Source: Oculina patagonica
Lineage: Eukaryota
NCBI RefSeq assembly: GCF_052425735.1
Contig: NC_135769.1
Span: 4,154,001-4,218,000, forward strand
Length of the DNA: 64,000 bases
Direction: 5' to 3'
The notes under the pieces were generated by a model. The model saw only the letters and a program-made list of their open reading frames with translations, had not been told where the DNA came from and ran no database searches. Positions 48,101 through 60,230 of the stretch are shown piece after piece. The number at the start of each line of letters is the position of its first letter. Position 1 is the stretch's first letter. The translations under genes were made by a program, and so were the position numbers.

Positions 48101-50613
48101 GTTCAGAATTGTAACAGAACTTGAAACTCACCGTTCCGCCGGCAGGGATGCTTTATGCTGCTACCGTCTTCGGGGAAACACCATGGATGACGCCATTGCT
48201 TACTCCAGTCCTCCTCGGTCACGTCTGCGGTGCACTCGGTATAGTTGCGGTTGTTAAACTCAAATGGCAGCTTGCAACATTTGTTGTTTTCTGTCACAAA
48301 CGGACATGATTCTAGTGAGAGAACAAATAGCAATCATTCAAAGATCTTTAAATCTGCTTGTCTATAATTTACTCGAATGGGAACAGGTCTCTTTTTTGCT
48401 TTGCAAGGTGGGTTTTAATTTTTTAAAACCCCAGTGTGTGACCATTCAAATGAAAGCTATTGAGCAGTTCTTTCATGTGATGCTGCTGTTTAAGCTGTGC
48501 AAGATGGTTCTCACTTTCAAATCTGTGGATGAAACCCTAGTGTGCGACCATTCAAACGAAAGCTATTGAGCAGTTCTTTCATGTGGTGTTGTTTGTTATG
48601 CTCTGCAAGGTGGTTCCAACTTTGAATCTGTGGATGAAACCCAAGTGTGCGACCATTCAAACGAAAGCTATGAATAAGCAGTTATTTCACGTGGTTCTGG
48701 GGAAACCCTAGTGTTTTATAGCTATTAATAAGTACTTTCATTCGGTACTGTCTGTTACGCTGTACAAAGTGGTTGTAACTTTCAAATCTGTGAATAAAAA
48801 AAACCCTTGTGTGCGAATAATGTTGATTCTGCAAGACTTTCAAACCTTACGGGTTAAGTGGGGGATGAAACCGCCGTTATGTATAACCATTCAAATGACA
48901 GATAAACAGAATCTCTTTTCTCTCTAACTGTTTAGTCTTTGGTCGAAACCCTGGTGTGTTGCAATTTAAATGAAAGATATACAGAAGTATAATAATGCGC
49001 AAGGTAGTTCTAACTTTTCAGTGTGCAGATGAAACCCTAGTGTGTAACAATTCAAGTAAAAGCTATCGAGCAGTACTTTCATGGGGCATTGTTTATACTG
49101 CTGTAGACTAAAAGTGGTTCTTATTTATCAATTTATCAGTGGATGGGAGCCTAATGTGTGACCATTTAAATGAAAGCTTTCGAACATTACTTTCACTTGA
49201 TTTTAATATTTTCTAAAATAAAAATTGGGACTCTTCAATTTTTTTTCTAATTTTATACTCCGAAAGTGAACGGTTTATGAGAGTTTCATACAAGCCAACA
49301 AGGCTTAAAATAAAACTACCATTTTTTAAGGCGAGGAGAGCAAACTTTGATGCAGTTATATTGCGTGCAAATTTCTTGGAATATATACACCCTTGTTATA
49401 AATTATCTGTGTAATTTACTTTTGTCATTCGGTTATTTACCACAAGCTCGATTTGACAAATGTCGCCCATTCGTCAAGTTAATTGGAGAGAATTCTTTAG
49501 AGAAGTCAGAGAAGGATTACGTGCTTGTAAAATTCGCGTTTGTGATACAGCTACTTCATAAATGGCCGGATCACTTTTCATTAACATTCTCTTCAATCTG
49601 CAGCTCGCTTACTTGTGAAATTCAAATTATAAACACATTATGTCAAGCAGGATTATGCTATAATCGTAAAATGATATAAGCAGACCGCAAAACATGTCAA
49701 TGACGGACAATTTATCAGCTAAATGAATAAGGCACAAATCCGTGAAATTTGTGATTTATATGCTAAATTCCCTTTAAACAATATATGAACTGAAATAACA
49801 AGAAGGGGTAAATGATATAAGTAAAATATATCGGGTGTATCTTGAAAGAAAAATCCGTTTGAATAAAGTCCAGTTTTAATTTGCATTGGGCTATTCAATT
49901 TATAATGAAAAAGCCGGCATTGCGTGGAGAATTCACAGCAGAAAAAATACTCATTCAAATAGATATCAAACTGAGATGGGTTTGTACAGATGTCTTTAAT
50001 TTAACGACTTAAAATTGCAAAGGAAAACGATTTTTTTTCTTAACCGGATTACAATTTGTCGAAACTCCCCTTTTTTCTCGTGTTGAACATCGAGTCTCTA
50101 AAGGAATAAAGATGGGCCATGGCCTGATGTAAATGGGTTAAAGTTTTATTCTGAAATGCCTTGGTAAATTTTTTAAGAAACTTATTTTCTGCATCACTTA
50201 TCAGTTATGGAATACTTAACATTAACGGGGGGCATCGAAATAAAAATTGTCCACGCTTATAACGGCACGGAAACTCGGTTTATCCGTTTTCTTTTCACCA
50301 GATGTGTTACATGAATAAGAAGTATCGCCAACGTTTATTCCTCTCTTGGCAATTATTCAAAAACACTTAACAACATCGACAAAAACCCTTTCGACAGAAA
50401 AAGACTTAATTAAACAGACATGGGCTGTACATCAGTGCTTTTAAACACTTAGCGTAGATAGACCGTGCAAATAAAAAATTCACACACGTTAGAAGTCCAT
50501 ACAAGAATTATTTGAACAGATATTACATTTGTATACTTACGTTTTTTCGTCCGCGTGTTTGTAATCCAAAGAGAGACGAGCACGACAGCAAGAAGGTCCC
50601 GCGAGCTTAGCAT
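35851..50613 (-). CDS. Type-C leucine-rich repeat GPCR (GRL101/relaxin-receptor-like) with FN2-CUB-FN2-LDLa ectodomain
   Basis: Phase-consistent exons: 50541-50613 (signal peptide), 48132-48311 (FN2-like), 46921-47265 (CUB), 46377-46571 (FN2), 45298-45420 (LDLa), 44518-44652 (degenerate LDLa), 42377-42487 plus 41926-41955 (LDLa), 41494-41641 (LRRNT). Six 72-bp LRR exons follow (40880-40951, 40451-40522, 39666-39737, 39304-39375, 38802-38873, 37917-37988). The last exon 35851-36973 carries the hinge FCC...SSCNDLM and a 7TM with [20 protein letters not shown]-like LTDFSCWIP and NSALNPILY. Confidence 0.9.
38108..38418. mobile_element. MITE with long inverted termini
   Basis: ccattcttgtcctcagagc...tctctcttagccg pairs with cggctaagagagacg...ctctggggacgagaatgg. 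Confidence 0.7.
38436..38525. repeat. (AAT)n microsatellite
   Basis: ~30 perfect AAT units. Confidence 0.95.
39829..40228. mobile_element. Kolobok-like MITE with TTAA TSD; similar TTAA elements at 45559-45907, 53271-53931 and 59469-59839
   Basis: ttaa|agggaatgtgttatgg...ccgtgacaaagtccct|ttaa. Confidence 0.7.
42055..42350. repeat. Compound tetranucleotide microsatellite (GACA/GGAT/GGAC)
   Basis: Visible directly; a complementary-type tract occurs at ~52350-52470. Confidence 0.85.
43624..44514. mobile_element. Tigger-like MITE with a nested CCCGGG element (~43954-44377, TSD GCCGAGAT)
   Basis: TA|cagttgaacctctctaatacggacacc...ggtgtccgtacggaaaggttcgactg|TA. Confidence 0.8.
44839..45279. mobile_element. 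Tc1/mariner-type MITE
   Basis: Perfect TIR CCTTATTATAGGAAATTAACGCTT with TA TSD. Confidence 0.85.
47483..47895. repeat. ~30-bp coral minisatellite (TTTTCCCGCGCTTGGCACCGGTTG...)
   Basis: Tandem degenerate units in an LGR intron. Confidence 0.85.
48425..49200. repeat. ~104-bp satellite (GTGTGTGACCATTCAAATGAAAGCTATTGAGCAGT...GTGGATGAAACCCTA)
   Basis: About 7 degenerate tandem units; I recognise this as an abundant scleractinian (Porites-type) repeat. Confidence 0.8.
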
Positions 50614-52850
50614 TTTCCACAGCAATGATCTCCTGGGAATTAAAAATGTTAAAGACAGTGTATTACTTTTGAGGCAGCTGCTCTCTGTATCTTTTCAATA
50701 AAATTGAATATTTATATCGAGGGCCGTATCTTACTGAAGCGCACGGATTGTATGGAAAGCGTATTTAAATACACGTTGATATTTGGCGATAACTGTGTTG
50801 TACAATATCTAATGTTTTGTCTGAATTCTCGAGAAATCTACCTGTAGCGACTCCCGCCGAGAACATTACCAAAATGATTTTGAATCCCCGCTGAAATGTC
50901 AAAAGACCAAAGGGTGAACTTCTTTAGAAAAGAAATGAAACTCAATTAACTTTTACTTTACTGCGTAAAATAGTTTTAACTGGCGAAAAAATAGAGTTCA
51001 GACCATTGAGACTGTATTTTCTTCGTCTGACAAATTAGAATTTTCTCGGGCGTTGATAGTTTGGCGACGGGCGCGTTTGAGGACTGAGCTTAGCTGCGAT
51101 AAATGAAAAATGGGCACAGAAAAATAAATAAATCCCCGTTATTAAGATAAACGTCAGAGGTAAATATCAACTCTCGGTATGATGGCAGATATTGGTCGTG
51201 GGGTTTTCAATATTAAGATTAAACTGACGTTTTGATTTCAAATTATAATGTCGGCAAACTTGCTAAAGTGGATAAAAATGAAAGGCTAAATCACAGAAAA
51301 ATTTGTTCGCCCACAAATCATACGTCAGATCCCTAACTAATGACAAACAAAGGACTTTATTGACCCTTGCAATTTAATGATTAAAATATTCTATTTGGAC
51401 TTTTCTTCAATAAAAGGGTCATAAATCAGTGTTTGATAGAGGAGAGGCGCTGCGCTCAAATATTACACGTAATTTGCATTTAAAGTGAAATCTATTCCAT
51501 TCGCGATTTGACCCTCTCTCAGTGGTAAGAATATTCGCCTCATTTCATTACCTATCTTTGCTGCTAATTTTAAGTGGAAATCATCATGATGATGAAAACC
51601 ACGGGGCTTAAAAACAACAGAGAATTTTGCGTTTAATTTGCGCTTGATTTTAAGTTAGAAACGAAAAATGTGATTGAATATAACTCTATGAAATTGTGCA
51701 AAACTTCGAGAAACATTTCGTAAAAATTGAATTCAAGAAACTGTTAGAATCTCAACACACTTAATTTTTTTGGATTTCGAATCGTGACTTCAAGAAATTA
51801 TCTTATTCAGTCTGGTGTTAAGTATGAATAAATGTTCTACTCAGTTGACCAATCACCACCGCAGAACACTTAAACTCATAACGATCATACAGCGAGAGCA
51901 AATGAATCCCATTTTCAAGGATAATTAAGTGGACTTCATTGCATAAGCAGACCAACATCACTATCTTGTATGCATAATAGGTTAACCATGAGGCTTGAAA
52001 GCCGACAGTAATACTTAATATTCACTGCGTCGCTGGATTGGTTTAAGATAGAGAGAGCTGACTATATAAGATTCGAAAGGGGGGCCTGGGAAGGTTTCGC
52101 CAAGACGTAAAAGGAAAGGTAAATAATAACAGTAGGTAATTTCAGCAAGTTGAGCGTTTTTGTAAACATCAATTTTGGAGAGTGTATCCTTTATCATATG
52201 CCCAAGCTGCCTGATTATTTGATTTATGGTCCTCGCTAGTGAACGAAGATCGTGACATTACTGTGTGAGCGGTGCCTAACGAAAACATCGTTGTCAATAC
52301 TCCAGAAAACGTAGCACGAGCGCTCTCGACCACTCACGAATGCTCACGAACATTCATTCATTCATTCATTCAGTCGGTCGGTCGGTCGGTCGGTCGGTCG
52401 GTCATTCATTCGTTCGTTCGTCTGTTCGTTTAATCGTTCGCTCGCTTCCTCTTTCGTTCGTTCGTTGGTTTGGAGGAAAATCTACACGAAGTCACATGAA
52501 TGACTGCATGAAGCTCTTTTTTCCCTGAATTAACTTTGCAATCAGTTAAATAAAGTGATAATTTATTCTATCTTTTAAAACTGTGGATTTATAAATGTTA
52601 ATATTTGACTCTGTTAATTTATTCAGGAAACGGAAGCAAGTTTTAATGTTCAAAACGATTTCGGTAGGAAATTAAGACTTTTGCTGCGGTTTCGTTGAGA
52701 GCTGAAATCTACAACCCCAAGCATTAAGTTTTGTACCTTGTAACGAAAAATGCTTTCTCTGATGGCATACATAAAGACCCAGTCTACATTAAAAAAGAAT
52801 TTCATGCTATGTCTAATGCCAGCTATTTGTGAATATATACCACAATTAAC

Positions 52851-53223
52851 CCCAGGGCGGTACTCGCGATTTTAAGTGACGAGGATGATCGAATGGGGGC
52901 AAAAATCATGACCCCAAAAAATTCTTAGGGCTTCCAACAAAACACAAAAAAATCCCAAGACCAAAGTAAAGCGACACCATCGTCAACTATTAAACAACAA
53001 CAAAACATGTTTGTTTGTACTTTATTCGCAGAACTATGTAGCTAAGGCATTACCTCGAATCTTTAGATTGTTTTAAATACCCAAAAAATCTCTACTTAAA
53101 TCAAGCCACCCAAAAAATACCTGCCAAATTTTCTTGCCACAAAAAATCCCGAAATCGAAAATTTCTAACCCCAAAAAAACTTCGATCATCCCCGTCGCTT
53201 GAAATCCCGAGTACCCCCCTGGG
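52851..53223. mobile_element. CCCAGGG-terminated MITE, 8-bp TSD CAATTAAC
   Basis: Same family as 15446-15808. Confidence 0.85.
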
Positions 53224-55187
53224 CAATTAACAATCAACTTTCAATTTGACTGAGTTCTCGGGCAAATTAAGGCATGGGTCAACAGTTACTTCCCTCAAAA
53301 AAAGTGAGGGGGTGGTCTAACTTCTAAGGCGTTGTTCATTACAACATAAAATTGTAGTTGACAGATGAGTCTCCAACAGTGATGATTTTTTGACATGTCG
53401 AAGTTATGCAAATTAGGTCACGTGACTTAATACGCTAAATAATCGTAGAAAATCTTTAAGCGAAATTGGGAACAGTTTATAGCAAGAGAAATTCAATTTG
53501 AATGGTACAAGACAAGTCCTAATAGTAACAGCAAGGAAACTGTGCTTGGCAATTATTGAATATTTGATTGATTTTGGAAATAAACAGCTTTTTATACTAG
53601 TACCCAGTCTCCCAGTAAAAGTGTTCTGTCTTTTGTAACGTTTCCTTTGAAATATTTTAACATTTCCAAGCACAGAAACAATGTACCTAATCGCCTTAAA
53701 GTTAAAAAACTGACAGCAATTTTAAGGAAGCAGGAAAAAGTGTTCCCGTTTTACGTAAGGTTTTTTTTGCGCCTTAAGAGGTCACGTGACCTAATTTGCA
53801 TATTTTAGACATGCTAAAATGAAAACAATTGATAATCCATGGTTCTGGGAAAGTTTCATGCTGCTACAACTAAAGCTTCAAGAGAAAGACTACCCCCTCA
53901 CTTTCTGGGCGAATATCGAGAGGCCCATGCCTTAATTTGCTTGAGTTGCTTATTTACGATGCAATGCAAGCGAACTTAGTGGAACAACAAGATGTCCCAT
54001 CTCAAAAAGTTTCAAAAGCTTAATCATACCTGAATTTGAACGGAACTGCAATGGAGTTATAAACTGGAGTGTCAGTGTTTTTCGAGAAAACTGACACTTT
54101 TGCTTTTCGGCTTTAGCTAAATTCTGTGTAGGCACAGTAAAAATTAACACATCACCGCCTTCCTTGGCTAAACAAGGCAAAATTGTTGTGGAAGCAAATG
54201 TATCTCAATTTTTATCCGCGCTGAAAACAGATGTTTCGGAAGCTTATCAGTTTCTTCGTGTAAACAAAAAATTGTTACTCCAAACATTTCATCGGGCTGC
54301 ATTCCTGATACAATGATGATTCCGAAAATGGCCGCATTTATTTAGAAAGACGAATAATAATGTTTAAAACTAGAAGTTCTCCATGAAAAGTGAAGTGCTG
54401 CCGTTAACACTTCAAGAACAAATAAATGTACAGAAAAGTAACTTTATTTTAAATGTACATAAGTATAGAAAAGATAAACAAAAGTGCATGCATATGAAGT
54501 ATACGGTAAGATGCAAGACATTCTTAAAAATCGAAATACCCACCCACCTCAGTTAAAACAACTCGTATTATTACGTTTAATTTTTTTTATATAAAATTTC
54601 AATCCTGTTGTGCCAGTTTTTTAAGGTTGTACACAACGCTGCTTAAAAAAAGTAAACTATGAATTACAAGTAGACAAAAAGAAGCTAAAAAGAGGGAAAA
54701 TGTTTATCAAAAAAGCAATACATTTGCCTTAGGAAACAAAGAGCTTTTAAATTCTTTACGTGCGGAAACACACGCATGGATATTTTTCCAGATGCTGACC
54801 GCTCTGTTCATCAAAGACATCATACAAAGCCAACGGGGTTACACCTTTCTATTCTGAATTCCAAAAGGTGTTTCCTTTTTTGCGAGAGAAGAGAAATATC
54901 TTCTTGAAAATTCAAAATGGCACCATATGAGAGGCTGTTTACAGACTGTTACGCCGCAAATTGTAACAACTAACTCAAAATTTAACATCAACGCGAAATG
55001 TAACAACTTTTGACGCAAAATGTAACAATTTTCTAACGCGAAATGTAGCAACTTTTTTAAGCGAGAATTAAAAAAACGTCTGGTATTGAAATATAAACAA
55101 GGAAACATAAACAAACTATTCCTCTTGTCCAGCCATGCCAGACAAATTAGTAAGTAAAGTTGATAAGGCAAAATTGATAAGTAACTG

Positions 55188-55464
55188 CAAGTAATGGATG
55201 TGCATGTGCATACAAGGCGCCGAGTCCCGGATTGAAATCTATTTACCGTTCTTCCGGTTTCGCTTCGCGTTCACCTGATAGTTTATGATATTTAACATGC
55301 AGTTACAAAAAAGTCAATACATGCAAGTATTTTTATTAGAACTATAAGGTGTTATCGAGACAAATGCTCCAAATGAGAAAACTATCAAGGAAAACCGGAA
55401 AACGGTAAATAGATTTCAATCCGGGACTCGGCGCCTTGTATGCACATGCACATCCATTACTTGC
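55188..55464. mobile_element. Small foldback/MITE with ~73-bp near-perfect inverted arms
   Basis: gcaagtaatggatgtgcatgtgcatacaaggcgccgagtcccggattgaaatctatttaccg and its reverse complement. Confidence 0.8.
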
Positions 55465-55580
55465 CTTTTACAAGTGTCGCTCCCAGGGATGCTCGTCAAC
55501 AATTTTGAGAAGCACCCCAGAAAGTTACCATAATCTACTTCTATGGGCGTGGCTCAAATTTATTCTTTCCCCTGAGAGGT

Positions 55581-55614
<34 letters not shown>

Positions 55615-57584
55615 CTTTATTTAAACTCGAATTTAGAGTAGCTTGACAAGCTAATATTTCCGAGAACGAAAAATAGATAACAAAAAATTAAAATAAATTA
55701 ATTAATATAGACTCTCTTATTGATAAGTAAAAAAATGACTCTGGCCATAAAAAAGCTAAGTCAAATTAAAGGCAAAAAACCATTTCTTGACAAACAGTTT
55801 ACTTTGAGGACTTGTTTTAAGAGGTACCAAAATATGTAGCAACTAAAAGTTGAAATAGAGCACTCAGTCCTTAAAAGGTATGAAGAACATTTCCGTCATT
55901 TTACATAAAGTGTCCTACGGGCATTGTTGCATTCCAAAAATAAAACTTCCTGTTTATGGGTTGTTCTACATTGTATAAGGGAATCATTTTTTGAACTGGA
56001 AAATATTAGCAACAACTTTAAATGAATGAAAAAAAACCCTTAGAGATCAGATTGAAGATCAGAAAACTGACTTTTGAACACTGTTGTTATGTTAGGCCGA
56101 AAAAGCTTTTTTAAGTGCTATAAATAATTGACAAATTCTAAAAATTCATGGCAAATTTGCAAATTTTACTTTGAGTTAATTCTGGTGACCTTTAGTCCAG
56201 TTTGAGTCTAATTTTAACTAATGTGCTATGTAGACACAAATATTTTCTTCAGAAACGTCTACTTTCACAACGTGAAAGGTAGAAATAGTTCGTTAAACCA
56301 TTTTAACTGGCATGTAAATACGATTCAAATCGACATTTGATTTGACAGAATTGCTAAGTTGTAAACCCAAAGTTCAATTAGCTATTAGTTTGGACGATGA
56401 AAATGCATGAAGCAATAGTTTGAGATATTTGAAGTCTGCCATACCTGCATGCAGCTCAGAAGCTAAAGCAGTGTTTCAAGTCCAAAGCAATAATGTGAAG
56501 AACTCGAATTTTGTGAAGCTTGCGACGTAATTCTCACAAAATTAAACGACAGATTGCGAGTCCTGACGTGATGTTTAGAAACTTTCTTGACATGGGGTCC
56601 TTAAGGGCCACTGAGGTAATACACATTAGTTTACGAAACTTCATTTTTATAATCATGGTTATGTTTTTAATTGCGCAGCAAAAATATAAATTATCAATGA
56701 AATTGCTTTGCCTGTAGCTTTTACACACCATTGAAAGGACTCGGCGTAAAATAAATTCGATGTTAACTGCCCGAAGCATAAATCGGTGCCTTTTGATGTC
56801 ACTGAGTAGCAAAAGGCTGCAAACTATTAGAGCGTTTAAATGCTGAATTACAAATGGCAGAAATTTCCTCGAGAGATATTTAATAAGCACGTTTTCTCTT
56901 TAAGGTTTATATTTTCACGTGTCATCAACTTACATGTGTAATTAAACGAGACATTATGGCTAAGATGAAAACTTGATGGCGCCGAGTGTTAAATCGTTTC
57001 TTGTGCCTCCCTTAACTTAAAACGACAAGAGAGCTTATAAAACACATGGATAATATTGTAAAATTGTTACAACTTAACCTTTGCAGTTGCTAAAACTGAC
57101 CGATACACTTGAATTAAATCGATTTAATTTTTTGCTTTCATTTAAACCATCACTTTTTTCCATGTAATGATTGATGAAGCTCGCAAGTCCATAATGAAAG
57201 GATATGGCAATAGAATTATTTCAAGTACAGATCAGCTTAAAATGCGACGCAACCAAATGAAGTGAGATAACAGTTTCTTCTCGTTTTCTGCATGCATGCG
57301 TCCTTAACTCACCTTATTCTGTACTATAATGATTTCGCAGATAAACCACAAGTCTTGATGCGAACCAAGTGATCAGTGGTAATAAACATGCTGATCGCTA
57401 AACTCTTCAAACTATAGGCTAAATAATTTAAACCATTCTTAACGATCAAAAGAAAACACCAGACTCATGGCAACACGAGTTAATTACGGAAACTCAATAG
57501 AAGGCACTGTTTTCACTGGTCATTACTTACCCAAAATTTAAAACAATCATGCAACTTCAGGATAAATGCATTTATACGCTGTAT

Positions 57585-58900
57585 CACCCATAAATGTAAT
57601 AAAAACCATTAATGTAATACCAACCATGAATGTAATAAAAATTGACCATAAATGTAATACTAACCATAAATGTAATAACTTTTAACCACAGATGTAATAA
57701 ACCCACTAACCATAAATGTAATGAAATTTGCCCATAAATGTAATAAGGCTTAACCATAAATGTAATAAACTGGCTACGACTTCCAAGTAAGGGACCACAA
57801 ACTTTTCGAGAAATTGACTATTCGATTATACCCCTAAAGGCCTGGCTCAAGCTCTTTGTGACCCCTTAGAACGGAAGCACTTTAGGACATGTAAAAGACT
57901 GTTTTCCACATATGTTAAAGTTATTCTAATCATTGGCAATCATCAATAACAGATATATGATTGAAGTGCAAACCTGACTCTTTACACAATTTCTTTGATT
58001 ATTAAGTTGTCGCTATTGTGTTAACGTTTTAATAAACCGAATTTTGTTCTATAGAATGTTGTTTAGCATTTTACCCTTGTATTGCCCATGTGCCTCAAGG
58101 GATGTCTAACATAGCTTCTCTGTTTATAAAAACGTACCAGTACTACAATAGTCTAGAACTTTGACCACCTGCCCCACCCAACAACGTGTAAAAAAGCAGT
58201 TCCAGCCCGAGGCTCTATCTCTGTTGATTATTCTGGTTCCAATAGGGAACATCCAACCCCCTCCCCCTTCCCCACCCTACCACCTTGCGTGACATTATCT
58301 TGAAGGCCGAATAACGTCGGCACGGACGCATGGACGCGCGTAAGCGGAGAGCACAATTTTGCAAATCCGGGAGGATATATGGGAAAACATAAAAAAAAAA
58401 TAAACAGGCGTATTCCTTGTAATGTAATGTTTGACTGAATTCGTCTTGACTCAGAGAGAACTGCAAGCTCCTTTAAATGGATGGAATGCCATAAACCCCC
58501 AGTACTTCAAACGCTCTGGTATATAGACTTTTTAATCATACTTTGTGTACTTTCTAAATGTTCGCAGACCATAATTATAGCTTCTTGGGTTTTGGTCTCT
58601 GGGTTAAAATACTAACTTGATGAACGAGTCCCGTGTCCTGAAGTAAGAAGTGCACAAAGAGAATGACAAGTTTGTGGCCCCTTACTTGGAAGTCGTAGCC
58701 AGTTTATTACATTTATGATTAAACCTTATTACATTTATGGTTGTTCAGTTTATTACATTTATGGGCAAATTTCATTACATTTATGGTTAGTGGGTTTATT
58801 ACATCTGTGGTTAAAAGTTATTACATTTATGGTTAGTATTACATTTATGGTCAATTTTTATTACATTTATGGTTGGTATTACATTTATGGTTTTTATTAG
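57585..58900. mobile_element. Foldback-type element with ~220-bp inverted arms built from ACCATAAATGTAATA repeats
   Basis: Arms 57585-57804 and 58669-58900 are reverse complements, including the unique block ctggctacgacttccaagtaaggg. Confidence 0.8.
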
Positions 58901-59919
58901 GTGGCGTAGAAACCGGCCGGAAAGTGGTCTCTTTTTTTTCACGTTTACGCAGAAATTAAACATCGATTTGCTTAAAGCTTAAAGCTCTTTTTCATGTGAG
59001 AACCAAATGGTAAAAAAATGATGCAGTGATCGACCCTGCGGCGTTGTTTTGGGCCACGTTTGATTTTGTTATTACAAATCCATTTTTACTCAACTCGACC
59101 TGCAACAGTATGCTGGTTACTTACTGTCCATGCAAAAAAGTTAAAATAGTCAACAGCTTTTCAACGAGGGAAACTGTCCTTTATCACGATTTCAAAATCG
59201 CGAATTCTCTATTTTATGACGCGAAAAAAAATGGCGCGAAAATTAGTATGCGCCAAAATTTAATGGCACGTAAAATCCTTAAAACGTTTTAATATTTAAC
59301 ATTTTTATTATTTTCAGCTAGGAACTCGTCATTGTTCCTTTAGTTACTATCCTCATTGGTGTGTAGTTCTCGTAATTATCTTTAGTACGGCTTCAAGATG
59401 TGCGCAATAACTGGTTTTCAAGGCCCCGCAAACTAAATAACATTTTTGGAAAAACATTGTCTTGTTAAAGTGACACTGTCACAGCAATTTTTGTGCTTTT
59501 CTGGAAAAAGTACTTAAATTGGCAAGACACTATAGTTCGTACATGAAATGCGCCTAGAAAATTAAGATGAAGATATAAAGTAAATTGTTGTTGAAGGAAG
59601 AGGGGAGCCGTTGTAAGTTTTCGCAGTTTTTTTCCAGGCCACAAGGGCAGAGCTTGAAAAAGTCAGCCTTACATTTTCAAGTTGATCTTCAGTTTCTGAT
59701 GGCATCACAATAATGTCACTTGTTTTTAGCTTTACTACACTAGCACGGTAATTTTTAACAACACTAGACCACTATTTTGGGGTTTCCATACATGTTTAGG
59801 CTCTTGAAATTTTGAAGTAAAGCTCGTGAGAGTGTCCCTTTAAGGTTTAGAACCCACTGGCCGACATGAGAAACATAAACATAATCATAATCAGAAAAGA
59901 AGAACCAAGAAAGATTTAA

Positions 59920-60230
59920 TACTGCTCGACGTTTCGGAGTCATCTTGACTCCATTATCAAGAGACTTGTACAGTACGAAATAAGGAACGCTACAAAATAA
60001 GATAAAAAAAGAACGACCTAAACGAACACCTTAGCGCGGATGGAATCCGTTTGCACGTTAAGTGTTGGCTTACACATGCGAATGTACAACATTTCTTTCA
60101 CGAGGCATCAAATTGCCGCTACATTTTGTGATGACGCGAAATTGTTCGATGAAGCGTTCAGGTACTTCGCAATTGTGTTGCAGGTTGTAATGTTTGTAAA
60201 TTGATGATGCCTTTCTGGTGTGCCCCTTCA
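59920..60230 (-). mobile_element. Penelope-like element 3' fragment (GIY-YIG C-terminus)
   Basis: Minus strand translates to ...CLVKEMLYIRMCKPTLNVQTDSIRAKVFV*, typical of the PLE GIY-YIG end. Confidence 0.8.
59925..59963 (-). ncRNA. Minimal type-I hammerhead ribozyme-like motif (U3/A8 core variant)
   Basis: Minus strand reads CTC-TTGATAA-T-GGAGTCA-AGA-TGACTCC-GAAAC-GTC-GAG: stem I CTC/GAG, 7-bp stem II, GAAA, palindromic ACGT, and a GUC cleavage triplet. Confidence 0.7.
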
